From: Octopus bimaculoides
Lineage: Eukaryota
Assembly (NCBI RefSeq): GCF_001194135.2
Contig: NC_068997.1
Location: 7,742,496-7,806,495, forward strand
Direction: 5' to 3'
Length of the DNA: 64,000 nt
Shown: one piece after another, positions 36,011 to 48,520 of the stretch
Numbering within the stretch: position 1 is the first letter of the stretch
Layout of the letters: each line of letters begins with the position of its first letter
The notes under the pieces: generated by a model
Told to the model about the DNA's origin: nothing
Seen by the model: only the letters and a program-made list of their open reading frames with translations
Databases searched by the model: none
Translations under genes and position numbers: made by a program

Positions 36011-37087
36011 CTGAAATAAAGGGAAAAGACAAACATTTAGAAAAAATAATTACTTTTTTACATAGAATGCCACACACATACACAACTGCTCACCATACAT
36101 TTTACAACACTTGCTTCAATAACAAAATGGTGTCTTATCTCATGGACATGGACAAAGGCAGACAGATCTGTGTGGTAAAGAAGTTCACTGTGGGGTCATC
36201 AATCCAATCTCACTGTACAGAACCTGGTTTTCTATCATAGCCTTGGGCCAAAGGATTGTCTACCAAAATACTTCATTGGTTAATCTAAAGTCAGAGTCCA
36301 GCTTAACCACAAAGTCCACTCATGGACTTGGACGTTCTTACAGTCTCTGCTGCAACTCTTTCTGCCTCAGGGTATCGCATGCACAAAACCTAAGACTGGT
36401 TTCCTTCTTTGTTTGGATGGAATCTTTAACTTTCTGATTAAACAAGAAGGTGGCTTCCCTTACAATCTGTTCTCAGCAGAACTCTTCTGCAGCAGCAGCC
36501 TCAGACCAAACAGCAGCAGCCTATTAGGACCAACAGATGACACTGTTGACTTTTAGAAAAACTCTCATGACCCAATCATGTAGACACAACAAGGTGAGTA
36601 AAGGCTGCCCACCACCTCTCCAAATATGTCTTATCTGCACAAGTTCCAGTACAAATGCCTGTTTGGAGGCTGGCATGAAAAAGCTACAATATAATAAAGT
36701 TTAGGGAAAATAAACATACTACATTTTCCATTGGATCAGATGGAGTTTACTGAGACAAATTGTCTATGGCTGGATGCTCTTCATGTTACCAACCTTCATT
36801 CATTTCAAGTATGGGGGAAATGGATATCAAATGATGATGATGATGATGATGATGTAATATTTCCCTATGACACCTTGTTGGCTTCCTACTCTTGACCCGG
36901 TGGAGCATCATAGATATGACAGCTGAAGGCAGAAAGGGCTACACCACCATGAGGGTGGTATTCATTTACAATTGACTACACAAGAATGTGAAATAAAGTG
37001 CCTTACTTAAGGACACAACATGCTGCCTGGTCTAAGAACTGAACCTGTGGCTTTACGATCACAAACCCAACACTTTAACCACTAGGC

Positions 37088-37272
37088 CAGTGGTTCTCAA
37101 CTTGGTGTCCGTGGGCCCCTGGTGGTCCAGAAAGGTAGTACTAGGGGTCTGTGAACTAAATTCAAAATTTCATATATATATATATATATATATATGGATA
37201 AGCATATTAAAAGAGGTCAATGGGAAATCTCATTTAAATAAAAGGATTGGGAACCATTGTTGGGAACCACTG
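37088..37272. mobile_element. hAT-like MITE inserted into a SINE remnant, right terminus doubled
   Basis: CAGTGGTTCTCAAC ... TTGGGAACCATTG TTGGGAACCACTG; similar ends near 11165, 15655, 16278, 24593 and 25160. Confidence 0.65.
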
Positions 37273-37618
37273 CGTTAGGGCATGCCTCTTCACTTTTCAC
37301 AAGTTCATATTTTATCAACAAAATATACTTGAAATGGCAACAATCAAGAACCAGAAGTGGGTCATAAACCTGGTTGTGGCACTGATGAGATCTTTCTAAT
37401 AAAATAAATTGAATTACCCAACCATGAAATATTAAATCACATTAGTAAAAAAAAAAAAAGAATTTGGAAAGTACAATACAAATAATTAGAGAAGCTTCTC
37501 TTTTCAACCAGAGAGTCATCATTGTGTGGCTTGAAATTTCTATTTTGACAGATACAACCATCCCAGATATTTCTAATTAGAAAACCACATTATTTGGTTG
37601 GAGTAATGGTGAGTTATC

Positions 37619-37820
37619 TTGATTGTATAAGTTAGACACCAGCAAGTCTGATGGGATAAGTAAGACACCAGCAAGTCTGATTGGATAAATTAGACACCAG
37701 CAAGTTTGATTGTGTAAGTTAGACACCAGCAAGTCTGATGGGATAAGTAAGACACCAGCAAGTTTGATTGGATAAATTAGACACCAGCAACTCTGGATGG
37801 ATAACTTAGACACCAGCAAT
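37619..37820. repeat. 29-bp minisatellite, 7 units, with 3-unit higher-order period
   Basis: agacaccagcaa recurs at 37634, 37663, 37692, 37721, 37750, 37779 and 37808. Confidence 0.95.
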
Positions 37821-40114
37821 TCTAATAGTCTTGTTGGTGGTGGTCATCATCATCATCATAGTTTAACATCCGCCTTCCATGCTAGCATGTGTTGGACGAT
37901 TTGACTGAGGACTGGTGAACCAGATGGCTACACCAGGCTCCAATCTGATCTGGCAGAGTTTCTACAGCTGGATGCCCTTCCTAACACCAACCACTCCGAG
38001 AGTGTAGTGGGTGCTTTTACGTGCCACCGGCACAAAAGCCAGTTAGGTGGTACTGGCAACGACCACGCTCAAAATGGTGTATTTTACATACCACCTGCAC
38101 AGGAGCCACTCCAGCGGCACTGGCAACAACCTCGCTCAAATGTTTTTTCACATGCCACCGGCACAAGTGCCAGGAAGGCGATGCTGGTGATGGTGCTATT
38201 TAATTCAGCTGCACTTGAGCAGAAATGAGGACTAAGGCATTACAGCTGTATTACAGACAGTGCATTTAAAATTACATTATTCAATGTATCCTGCTATTTT
38301 AGGATACCACGGTATTATTTGCGGGTGTTTTGGTAGCCATTTTTAGCAGGTCAAGTGACCACCATACTCAAGAGTTACTGAGGTATAGTAAACAGTTTAA
38401 TAAGAGATTTAAACTGCACATCCATAATCAACAAGCTCACCAGACACAGGATTAGCTGTGCAACTTGAAATGTGAGACCTATGAAGATCTTAGAAGAGAT
38501 TCCAGTGATTGTGATGGAAGAAGAGTATTTAAGAAATCTATACACTTAAAAAAGAAGAAAAGACAACATGGTCATCTAAGTGACTGGCAAAATTTCTCTG
38601 GTCAACATAGAATCTCTTCCCTGCTGTCCTTTCAACAAGAATAGCTCCTGCTCAGCTGAAAAGAATCTCTCTACCTCAAGACATAAAGGAGCATTTATGT
38701 GGTCAGTCAGACTGCAGCCAAATTTCCCTCAAATCACACCATGTGCGTGTGTGTGTGTGTGTGTGTGTGTATGCACACACGTGTGTCTTGGCATCGTGTG
38801 ATGGTTGAATGGTTATAAATAAGCATCACCATCATACAAGTGACATTGTTCAATTCTGTGGAAAACAGGTTTGGCCATAGGAGAAATATTACCTTATTTG
38901 GAAACAGGTGAGGGTTAGTGATAGAAAGGGCATCCAGACAGAAAATCCGTCTGACCCATGCAAGGATTGGAAAAACATTAGATGATGAGGATAATGAAAA
39001 AGGGGAGAGGATCAAAGCTGAAATACTTTTCATCAAAGGTCTGTTCGATTAGGGCTGATCAGGATTAGACAGTAACAACAACCTCCCACCTTTCCAACCA
39101 TGCCATACACTATTTTAAACATTTCACTCAACTATTTCCTTTCCAGAATTAAATTTCATCAGAAACTTTCTAAATGCTTATGTTTCCCCTTACAACATTG
39201 ATCTTACACATCAAAGAGGGCCTTCACGAACCACAGATTATGAGCATTGCCCTCTTTCTCAGACTTAATACAAATAAAATCACATATTCATGATGACTCG
39301 ACAAAAACCCAAAACAATATAAAAAAAAAAAAAAATAAAAAAAGGTATTCTTTGAATGTCTGACATAAATAGCTTTCAGAAAGGTTGCTTACATCGAGAT
39401 GAATAATTTCTTTTGAACAATGGTTTTATCTTGCTGGATTGAGCAGAGATAATGTTTACCTCTATATATTAACACAAAGGTGAAACACCAACAACAAAAT
39501 AAGTTTTAGAAGACATTTTTTTCGCTCGCAGTTGTTTGGTGCATTGCTTCAAAGAATGATATCTGCAAAACATGCAATGCAGTTTTGGGAAAATAACGCA
39601 GCTGCATCTATTAAAAACAATGTTTTGTGAAGTCTACACTTACAGGTACATAATGATATAATAATAAGTAATAAAATAGGAAGTCACATTTTTACAATAA
39701 TAATAATTATGGAGATGTACCTGCATAGCAAGCGACCTGATCTAAGATCGTGTGATGGAACGAAAACAATTGCAGCGTGGAAAGTGTTTATAACCCATTT
39801 AAAAACACACAAAAACCGTTAGGGATGCAGCACGGAATTTTGTCAGTGAACAGGTCACGGTCTCAAAGCGATGAAAATATTTTGACAAATTAAATTTAAA
39901 TGTTGAAGTGAATCTAACGGTTTTTGTGTGTTTTTAAATGGCTTATAAACACCTTCCACGTGGAATTAATAATAATAATATTTTAGAAAGGATTGACATA
40001 ACTCTTTACAAAGGTAACTCAGAGAGACAGTACTTTACGCAATATGCATGCAGTTCCAAGTAAAGCCGACATTTGCAATATACCTAGATTATCATTATTA
40101 TTATTATTATTATT

Positions 40115-40353
40115 AAGTCAACAAGCTGGCAGAGTTGTTAGTATGCTGGACGAAATGCTAAGCAGTATTTCACCCGCCACTACATTCTGAATTCAAATTC
40201 TGCTGAGGTCGACTTTGCCTTTCATCCTTTTGAGATCAATAAATTGAGTACCAGTAAAATACTGAGGTCAATGTAATTGACTTAATCCCCTCCTCATAAA
40301 TTTGAGGTCTTGATCCTCCAGTAGAGAGGATTATTATTATTATTATTATTATT
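40115..40353 (+). mobile_element. tRNA-derived SINE family C with (TTA)n tail
   Basis: gctggcagag...ttctgaattcaaattctgctgaggtcgactttgcctttcatcc...; opposite-orientation copies at ~14261-14466, 40688-40900, 45345-45560. Confidence 0.8.
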
Positions 40354-40359
40354 AGAGCA

Positions 40360-40585
40360 TCCAATATCATGATGTTGTAGATTGAAGATATTGGATAAGA
40401 TGAAAGGAATGCATGATGTCTGTCAAGTCCCAACAAGGACCTCACACAGACAGACACTGCTTTACGCAGTATGCCTGCAGTTCCAAGTAATGACGACTTT
40501 TGCAATACATCTAGATTGTAGGGTATTTCTAAAGTTTCCAGATATTTCTTCGGGTTGGGTGATATTGAACCCAACGCTCCAATGA
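40360..40585 (-). mobile_element. 3' end of an RLE-type (R4/Dong-like) non-LTR element; second shorter copy at ~39982-40090
   Basis: GSISPNPKKYLETLEI...LQKSSLLGTAGILR and LQMSALLGTACILRKVL match the LQKxALLGTAxILR terminal motif. Confidence 0.6.
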
Positions 40586-41070
40586 CAACAACAAGAACCT
40601 TTATGTTTGACTCTTGCAGCTGGCAATCTCAATTTTCAGGACTCCATACTTGTTGACCTTTTCTCTACTACTGCTACTACTACTATTGGTTTCAAATTTG
40701 GGACAAGGCCAGCAATTCTGGGGGAGGGTGTAAGTCAATTACAACAGCCCCATTGCTCAACTGTAACTTATTTTATCAACCCCAAGAGGATGTAAGGCCA
40801 AATACACCTTGGTGGAATTTGAACTGAGAATGTAAAGATGGACAAAATGCCACTAAGCATATTTTCCCTGGCATTCTACAGTTCTGCCAACTCATCATCA
40901 TCACCATCACCACCACCATCAAAATGGTGAGCTGACAGAATCATTAGCATACTGGAGAAAATTAATTAGATCACACAAAATGAATATATGAACAAATGAT
41001 TTTAAATAAAGTCAATTCATAAAAGAAAAAGAAAAAAAAAACTTTAAAAAAAATCAACCATGCTACTTAC

Positions 41071-41152
41071 TTGAAATTTGTCTCTTAGTTTATTGCTGGC
41101 AATTTTATAATTTATTCGTAACATCCATCCTTTTAGATGTTTCTGTGTTACT
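41071..41152 (-). CDS. PLCG: PLC-gamma exon, EF-hand (VTQKHLKGWMLRINYKIASNKLRDKFQ), 82 nt, phase 2-0
   Basis: tactttcag acceptor, gtaagt donor; aligns by eye to ISAKDLKNMLSQVNY. Confidence 0.9.
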
Positions 41153-42679
41153 CTGAAAGTACAACAGAGACAGTCAAGTACATTCACAAACATTTCAATT
41201 AATCTTTGAAAATGAATAACCAGCAATGTGGTAGAAGTTATCAACATTCATCATCATCATCATTTTACTGTCCACTTTTCCATGTTTACATTGGTCAGAC
41301 AGAATTTATTAGGACAGTTGTTTTTATGGAAGGATGCACTTCCTGTCACCAACCCTCACCTGTTTCCAAGCAAAATAAAATATATTGGAAGTGGCACTGC
41401 TTGTATGACAGTGATGCTCATTTACAATAACCTAGTGATGTCAAGGAGACCCAAGCACGTGCGCACACACACATATGATAGGCTTCTTTTAGTTTCTGTC
41501 TACCAATTTCACGCACAGAGCACTGGTTGGCCAGGTGCCATATTAGAAGACACTTGCCCAAGGTGCCATGTGGTGGGACTGAACCTAGAATCATATAGTT
41601 GCAATGCCAATCTCTTACAACAAAGCCATGCTTTTTGCCTACATTTATATGGACAATGTGTTAAGATTGTCCCCACTGATTATTCCTCTATAAAAGTTGA
41701 TTTCATCACAATTTCTTACTTTCAGCATAAAATAGTTAGAAGAGACGAGTTGGCAGTTAATGAAACACAAGCAGCAAAGGTACAGGATGCAAAAAGCCCC
41801 AACAAAAATTAGTTAAAATTGCTTCAGAGTGAGGAGAGAATTAAAATATTAGCGCCAATGAATAAATCTTGTGAAGAAAGACAAGAATAAAAATCTTGGA
41901 TTCAGATTAGTTAAAAAATGAATGGTAAATGTAATGAGGGAGAGAAAATGCAAGATATGTTTCAGTGTTATTAAACCTCTTCAATGAAACTTAGGTTCAT
42001 TAGCAAAAACCAGATATTCGATGACTGAGAAATATCCAAAAATGTTTCTTTAGCCAATGTGAGTGTCTCCTCAGTCACATGACTTACTCAGTGGAATAGC
42101 AAAATTGTTTTGCAGCAAACTCCTCACTTACTTCATCCCTTGATTTACCAAATGTCTTGAAATACAAACTTGGAAAACAAAGAATACAATAAAAGCTGAA
42201 AAGTTGACCAATGGCTCAAGTTTACCCAAACTGATACTCGGTGTCCTTTATCTGTCAATTCTCAAAGACCCACATGGATCATGCAGATTATCTAAATGAT
42301 TGTTCTGATTTCTGAAATGATTGTGAGGGACTCGGTGATATTTCTGACAAGGCTATAATTTACAAAAGTCATCATTTGAACACTGGCTTGTCAGCATGGT
42401 CACAAACAACTGACTGGAATGAGTAAAAAAAATTAAAGAATTGGTAATATCAATAATGTTGCACCAATCGAATAAATAAAAACAATAGGATGAAAAGAGA
42501 ATGTGACTTCTTGCATGAATTGACATGAGCTTTTGGTAAACAAAGATTGGTCAGCAAAACCAGGTTTGGCCTGAATTACAAAAAATAGCCCTATGGTTTA
42601 AGGTGATCCTATTTACTTCATTTAAATAGTAATTAATTAAACAAAAGATAATGACAAGGCAAATAAACTGAATACTCAC

Positions 42680-42727
42680 ACGTATGTACCCAATTTTTCC
42701 ATGAGGTAGAATTCTTTTCGAAGCCAT
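42680..42727 (-). CDS. PLCG: PLC-gamma exon, EF-hand start (WLRKEFYLMEKLGTYV), 48 nt, phase 2-2
   Basis: cttacag acceptor, gtgagt donor; WLRKxF motif. Confidence 0.93.
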
Positions 42728-44933
42728 CTGTAAGAAAGGAAAAATAATCAAAATTAAAAAAGAAAATAATTCAATTATGAATTATCACTAATTTTATATT
42801 TATTCCTGCGTGAAATGATTTCATTGTCTTTTTTTTTCTTTTTCTTTTTTTTTTCAAGCAAATAGTTAATACCGAACCAACCAGAGACAAGCTGAGCCAT
42901 GCAGCTCGTCCACAGATGGACACAAGAGTGGCTGTGAGGTCAGAAGTTGGCTTCTCAACCACATGGTTCCAAGTTCCCAGTGACCTCCAGGAATAATGGG
43001 GGGGGGGGGGCTGAATGGATTCCTTTGTTAATGTCTTTCTGGTTATTAGTGTTGGTTACATTACTGAGGAAATGGAAGCAAGAGTGACGTATTTAATTCA
43101 ACATTCATTGTTGTTGCTTAACCCTTGTTTAACCCCAGGTCTACCCTAATTGAGCAGACTTATCAAAGCCGATCCAGCCATGACCACTACATCCTCTCTT
43201 TGGACTTTTCCTATTTTGCATGACATTATTCAATTTGTCCTTTTTTTATTTTCAAATGGTAGGACATGATTTTAAGAGGATTTGGGTGCTGTTTCTAGCA
43301 GGTTAAGAGACATACAGAGGATGGCACATTGCAAATGTTATACAGCAACTAAGAAAGACCCCGATTATGAGGAAGAGGAAGAGGAGGAGGCAGAAGTACT
43401 GACAATGAGCTTGTGATGGTGATGGAAGCGGTGGAAATGATGATGATTATGATGCTAATGATGTTGAAAGGGAAGGGGGAGTAAGAGGCAGAAAAACTAC
43501 TGTTGATGAAGTGGTGGTGATGGTGATGATGATGACAATGATGATGAAAGTAAAGCTATCGAGAAAAAATAATCACACAAAAGAATATATTAATTATATA
43601 TTAGAAAGTCAGTCAGTCGTTTCAGCTTGGTGCCTGATGATCGTTCTATCTGACTCAGTACCTAGAACAACTAACCCCAGGTAGGGAGGGAGCATCAGCA
43701 GAACTTTGCTCTTTTCCTGCGTCTATCAAAGTCAACACAACCTGGCAAACAAAAACCTGTTCCAAGCCGTACACACACACACACACACACACACGCAGAG
43801 GTATGTATGTATTATGTATGTATGCATGTACGTATGGATGTATGTATGTATGTATGCAGGTATGTATGTGTGCATGTATGTATATATGTATGCATGTATG
43901 TACGTACACATGTGTGTATGTACGTACGCATGTGTGTAAGTATATTTGTATGCATGTTTGTACGTACGCATGTATGCAGGTATGTATGTGTGCATGCATG
44001 TATATATTGAAATGCGACATGATAAACCATTCCTAGATAAAAATTAGAAACTCTGGAATAAATGGCTTCCTGTAGGATTTCAGGAACTGTTAAAAGTATT
44101 TTGCACAAAAAAAAAAAAANNNNNNNNNNNNNNNNNNNNNNNNNNNNNNNNNNNNNNNNNNNNNNNNNNNNNNNNNNNNNNNNNNNNNNNNNNNNNNNNN
44201 NNNNNNNNNNNNNNNNNNNNNNNNNNNNNNNNNNNNNNNNNNNNNNNNNNNNNNNNNNNNNNNNNNNNNNNNNNNNNNNNNNNNNNNNNNNNNNNNNNNN
44301 NNNNNNNNNNNNNNNNNNNNNNNNNNNNNNNNNNNNNNNNNNNNNNNNNNNNNNNNNNNNNNNNNNNNNNNNNNNNNNNNNNNNNNNNNNNNNNNNNNNN
44401 NNNNNNNNNNNNNNNNNNNNNNNNNNNNNNNNNNNNNNNNNNNNNNNNNNNNNNNNNNNNNNNNNNNNNNNNNGAGGGAGAAAGAGAGAGGGAGAAAGAG
44501 AGAGGGGAGAGAGAGAGGTGAGAGAGAGGAGGGAGGGAGAGAGAGGAGAGAGAGAGAGGCAGAAAGAGGCAGAAAGAGAAGGGACAGTAAATAAGAAGGG
44601 TACAGGCATGATGGTGAGATAAGCTTGCTTCCCAACCACATGGCCCTGGGTTCAGTCCCACTGCATGGCACCTGGAGCGTCTTCTACTATAGCCTCAGGG
44701 CAAAACAAAGCCTTGAGAGTGTATTTGACGGATGGAAACTGAAAGCCTGCCATGTGTGTGACAACTGGTGTTGGTGTGTTTATGTCCCCCTAACTCAGTG
44801 GGTCAGAAACAGTGATTGATTTGTTTGACTAAAATTTTTTTTTTAAGGCAGAGCCCCAGCATGGCCACAGTCGAATGACTGAAACAAGTAAGGGATGGAA
44901 AATAATAAAGAAACAAAGAAAGAATAGGGAGAC

Positions 44934-45027
44934 CTTTCAACTTGGAGTTGGTAAGAAGCATTTTGTGTGTCTTGTACCAGATGGTTCAAACCCTTCAACC
45001 ATTTCCGGAATTCATCTTTGTTGGAGG
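44934..45027 (-). CDS. PLCG: PLC-gamma exon, end of PH domain (ASNKDEFRKWLKGLNHLVQDTQNASYQLQVER), 94 nt, phase 1-2
   Basis: Strong acceptor tttgtctttcag; WxKGL motif; atypical donor AAG|gtctcc; phases fit both neighbours. Confidence 0.92.
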
Positions 45028-45571
45028 CTGAAAGACAAAAGTAAAAAGTGAGAGAAGAAAATGGAAGAAAACAAAATGTCTTTTAATGTCACTTCTCAGG
45101 AATATATTTTCCATTTAAACATTCAGCATTCAGATTAATTTGTCAAATGCAATTCTTATTAATTCACATTCTTTTGGAATAATCTTTAATTATCTTGTAG
45201 TTTTGAGATTTCAATGATGTGGTTATTTATTTTTAGACTGACAATTGTAGGGTAGGTGGGAAAGGTTGGATCTGGCCAACATAAAAAAGGTAGAATATTC
45301 GGGCCAGATTAAATGCTGGACGGTTGAGATCATTTCCAACATTGGTACAAGACTGGAAATTTAAGGGGAAGGGTGGGAATGGGGGGCTTAATTGATAACA
45401 TTGACACCCAATATTTAACTGGTACTTTATTTCATTGAACCCTGAAGAATGGAAAGTAAAGTTGACCTTGGCAGGATTTGAACACAGAACATAAAAAACC
45501 TGCAACAAATACTGCAAAACGTTTCTCCTGACACTCTAGCAGTTCTGCCAGCTTGCCAACATTAATATATC

Positions 45572-45641
<70 letters not shown>

Positions 45642-46039
45642 ATGCCTATATAAATGCAGGGGTTGTATGTCTAGCAGTCAGAAGAAGCCTCCAGACTTTG
45701 AAAGATTGGGAAATAAAAGTGGGTAAGGATTACTTATACTTTAATCGAATCTCTTAGAATCAATAAGATTTAAAGGGCTGCTGCTAGCAGGGTTGATTTC
45801 TTTGAGAAAAATCCCTTGAAGGCAGCATCCCAGAATGGCTGAAGTCCAAAAACTGAGACAAGTAAAAGATGATGATGTATTCCAGAACCAAAGTTTAATG
45901 TTAGCTCCAAAAAAAATCTTCTATGCATGTGTGTGTATATATTCTTTTATTCCTTCAGACATTTTAGCCCTAAGGCTATGGTCATGCTGGAGCATCACCA
46001 GTGTAATCACCCTTACAATGGCCAATCTTATGTGATTGG

Positions 46040-46715
46040 CTTTTGGTGAAGAAGTTCAATACAGCAGCCCTGGCCCTCGATATAGGTTCGTCTGGGACCT
46101 TGGATAGCAGGAGATCAAGTTGTTTCTTGAAAACATCTCCCCTTACTCCATGAAGATCCTTCAGATGTTTTGCAAGGCGTTAAATAGCTGTGGTCCCTGA
46201 ATCCTAGCTACTGCAGTACATGGTTCTCAGTCTAGACAGGATAGTTGGGACCTTTGGAACAGTGCAGTGACATCCAGTTTAGGGACTGGTAGAGCTCTTG
46301 GTACCAAAGTTTGGTGCCAGTCCCTCCAGAAGCTTCCATACATATATATCACTGCATACCACCTCTGTCTTCATTCCAAAGAGTAGAGTTGTAGCTCTTT
46401 CAGTCTCTTCCAGGAGCCCAGCTGTTCCATTGATGTAACACCACTGAACTGCCACAAGTTCTGTTATTAATTGGATGCTAGAGGGTGAGCACAGTTGAGG
46501 GAAGTAGTCCAGATGGCTGAGTACAAATGTCCTCCATAGAACCAGCATAGTTTCCTGGTCCCTTGTTCTGAAGATTCTCAGAATCCATCTGGCCATTCGC
46601 CTACACATTGCCACCATTTTGGTGACATGCATGCTGTGAAACAAGGCATCGTTACACATATCCATCCCCAGACCACACACTATATGTGACTCTGAGATTG
46701 CCACTTCTTTTGGTC
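46040..46715 (-). mobile_element. CR1-like LINE ORF2 C-terminal fragment, degraded
   Basis: WILRIFRTRDQETMLVLWRTFVLSHLDY...WKLLEGLAPN, then GPQLFNAL...FKKQLDLLLSKVPDEP. Confidence 0.85.
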
Positions 46716-47239
46716 CAAATAATATATATATATGTATACACACACACACACACATATTACATACATACACAAACACATATATACATATATATATATATAT
46801 ACTGTGTATATGTATATATATATATATATATATGCTTGACCACTAAACCCACAAGTTTTTTTAAATTCTCTCTCTGTTTATTTTTTCTAATTCCTTTCTG
46901 TTGAAGAGCGTAGGCTCGAAACAAACAACTTTTTCATTTTTCCCAAACGTCAAACTAATACACCTGCTTGTTGTTCATACACCTGTTTTCGTCTCTAGCT
47001 TTTCTGTAAATTTCAACTATATATNNNNNNNNNNNNNNNNNNNNNNNNNNNNNNNNNNNNNNNNNNNNNNNNNNNNNNNNNNNNNNNNNNNNNNNNNNNN
47101 NNNNNNNNNNNNNNNNNNNNNNNNNNNNNNNNNNNNNNNNNNNNNNNNNNNNNNNNNNNNNNNNNNNNNNNNNNNNNNNNNNNNNNNNNNNNNNNNNNNN
47201 NNNNNNNNNNNNNNNNNNNNNNNNNNNNNNNNNNNNTAT

Positions 47240-47274
<35 letters not shown>

Positions 47275-48290
47275 GAGATAGAGAGAGATATTACAAATTA
47301 AAAGGGTAAAGGATTATCAATTTATTAATTCATCTATCTGTGGGAGCCTCAGCTTTTTTAGCTGCTATTTCTGAACTTCGGTATATGGTGAAGCAAATAT
47401 TTGCTGATCCCTTAATTATGTTTATATATATAGATATATATATATATATATATATATCAAAACACATGTTTTCCTGAAATAGAAAATAGCCACAAAATGA
47501 TGACAAAGTGGGTCTATGAGAGAGAGAGAGTAACATGAAAGAAGTGGGGAGAGGGATGCGTTTCAAATAATTCTAGCCATTTTCAGGTGCTGCATATTGC
47601 AACTACCTCGTGCATGTTTAAAACAGAAGGTATAGCAGTGGAATGGTTAGCCATCATCTTCTCCAGGAAGGAATGAAGAACTTCAGATTGTCGTAATGTA
47701 AGGAGAAGAATGTGGCTTGTGATGTTCATGCTACTGCAAAGTACATTAGAGGCATGAAATAATCTACATTCAACTAGGAATGAAAACTGGGTCAGAAACT
47801 GAGCCAGCATGGAACCTACTTTCAAATCTACACTTGTCACAGAGACAGATAAACACACACAGTCACACACTCCGGGTAAGTTCAGATGTGTGTAATGCTA
47901 CGAGTTTCGCAAAGTATATTTAAAACTATGTTCGGTTAAAAAGAAGAAAAAAAAGGAAAGAAAGAAAAAATGGCAGAAGTGACAGACAGAACAATGGAAA
48001 GCTTGGTGTTATGTTTGCTCTGAGATCAACAAAGGGCTCGTTACTTAATAAGCCTGGTGCTAACACAAGCAATGAGTGGAGCAAACGGAGGACTGCAGGA
48101 GGGTGTATAACCCTTTACACAACCTAACCCAGAATAAATCAACTAACATCACAGAAGTTACAAAATTCTCTGGAAGATTCCATTGTGGATTAGAAATCAT
48201 CTGTTACCCTTGAGAAGTGGGAGAACATGTTATAAAAACTCTAATATATATTAATTGAGAGAGAAATCTGGAGGTTGCGATGATACCTTA

Positions 48291-48520
48291 TTAACTCTGT
48301 CGCTTCAGATTACTTCTCTGTCATATGTATCGTTTATTCATTCAGATTGCTTTGAATTAATCACGCATTATCTGGTAGCTTTGAGATTTCAGTGATGTGA
48401 TTGTTTATTTTGACAATGACATTGCAAGGTGGGTACGAGAGGCCAGATCTGGCTGGTTTAGACATATAAGAGATTGAATATTTTGGTCACATATGGTTGG
48501 TTTAAATGCTAAAAGGTTAA
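48291..48520. mobile_element. TTAA-flanked piggyBac-like MITE; diverged copy at ~45110-45330
   Basis: TTAA at both ends, ...aatgctaaaagg|ttaa terminus; internal sequence shared with 45110-45330. Confidence 0.65.

Noticed and set aside
39393-39433. Extra EF-region exon
   Set aside because: 41 nt breaks the frame, and the flanking exons already join in phase.
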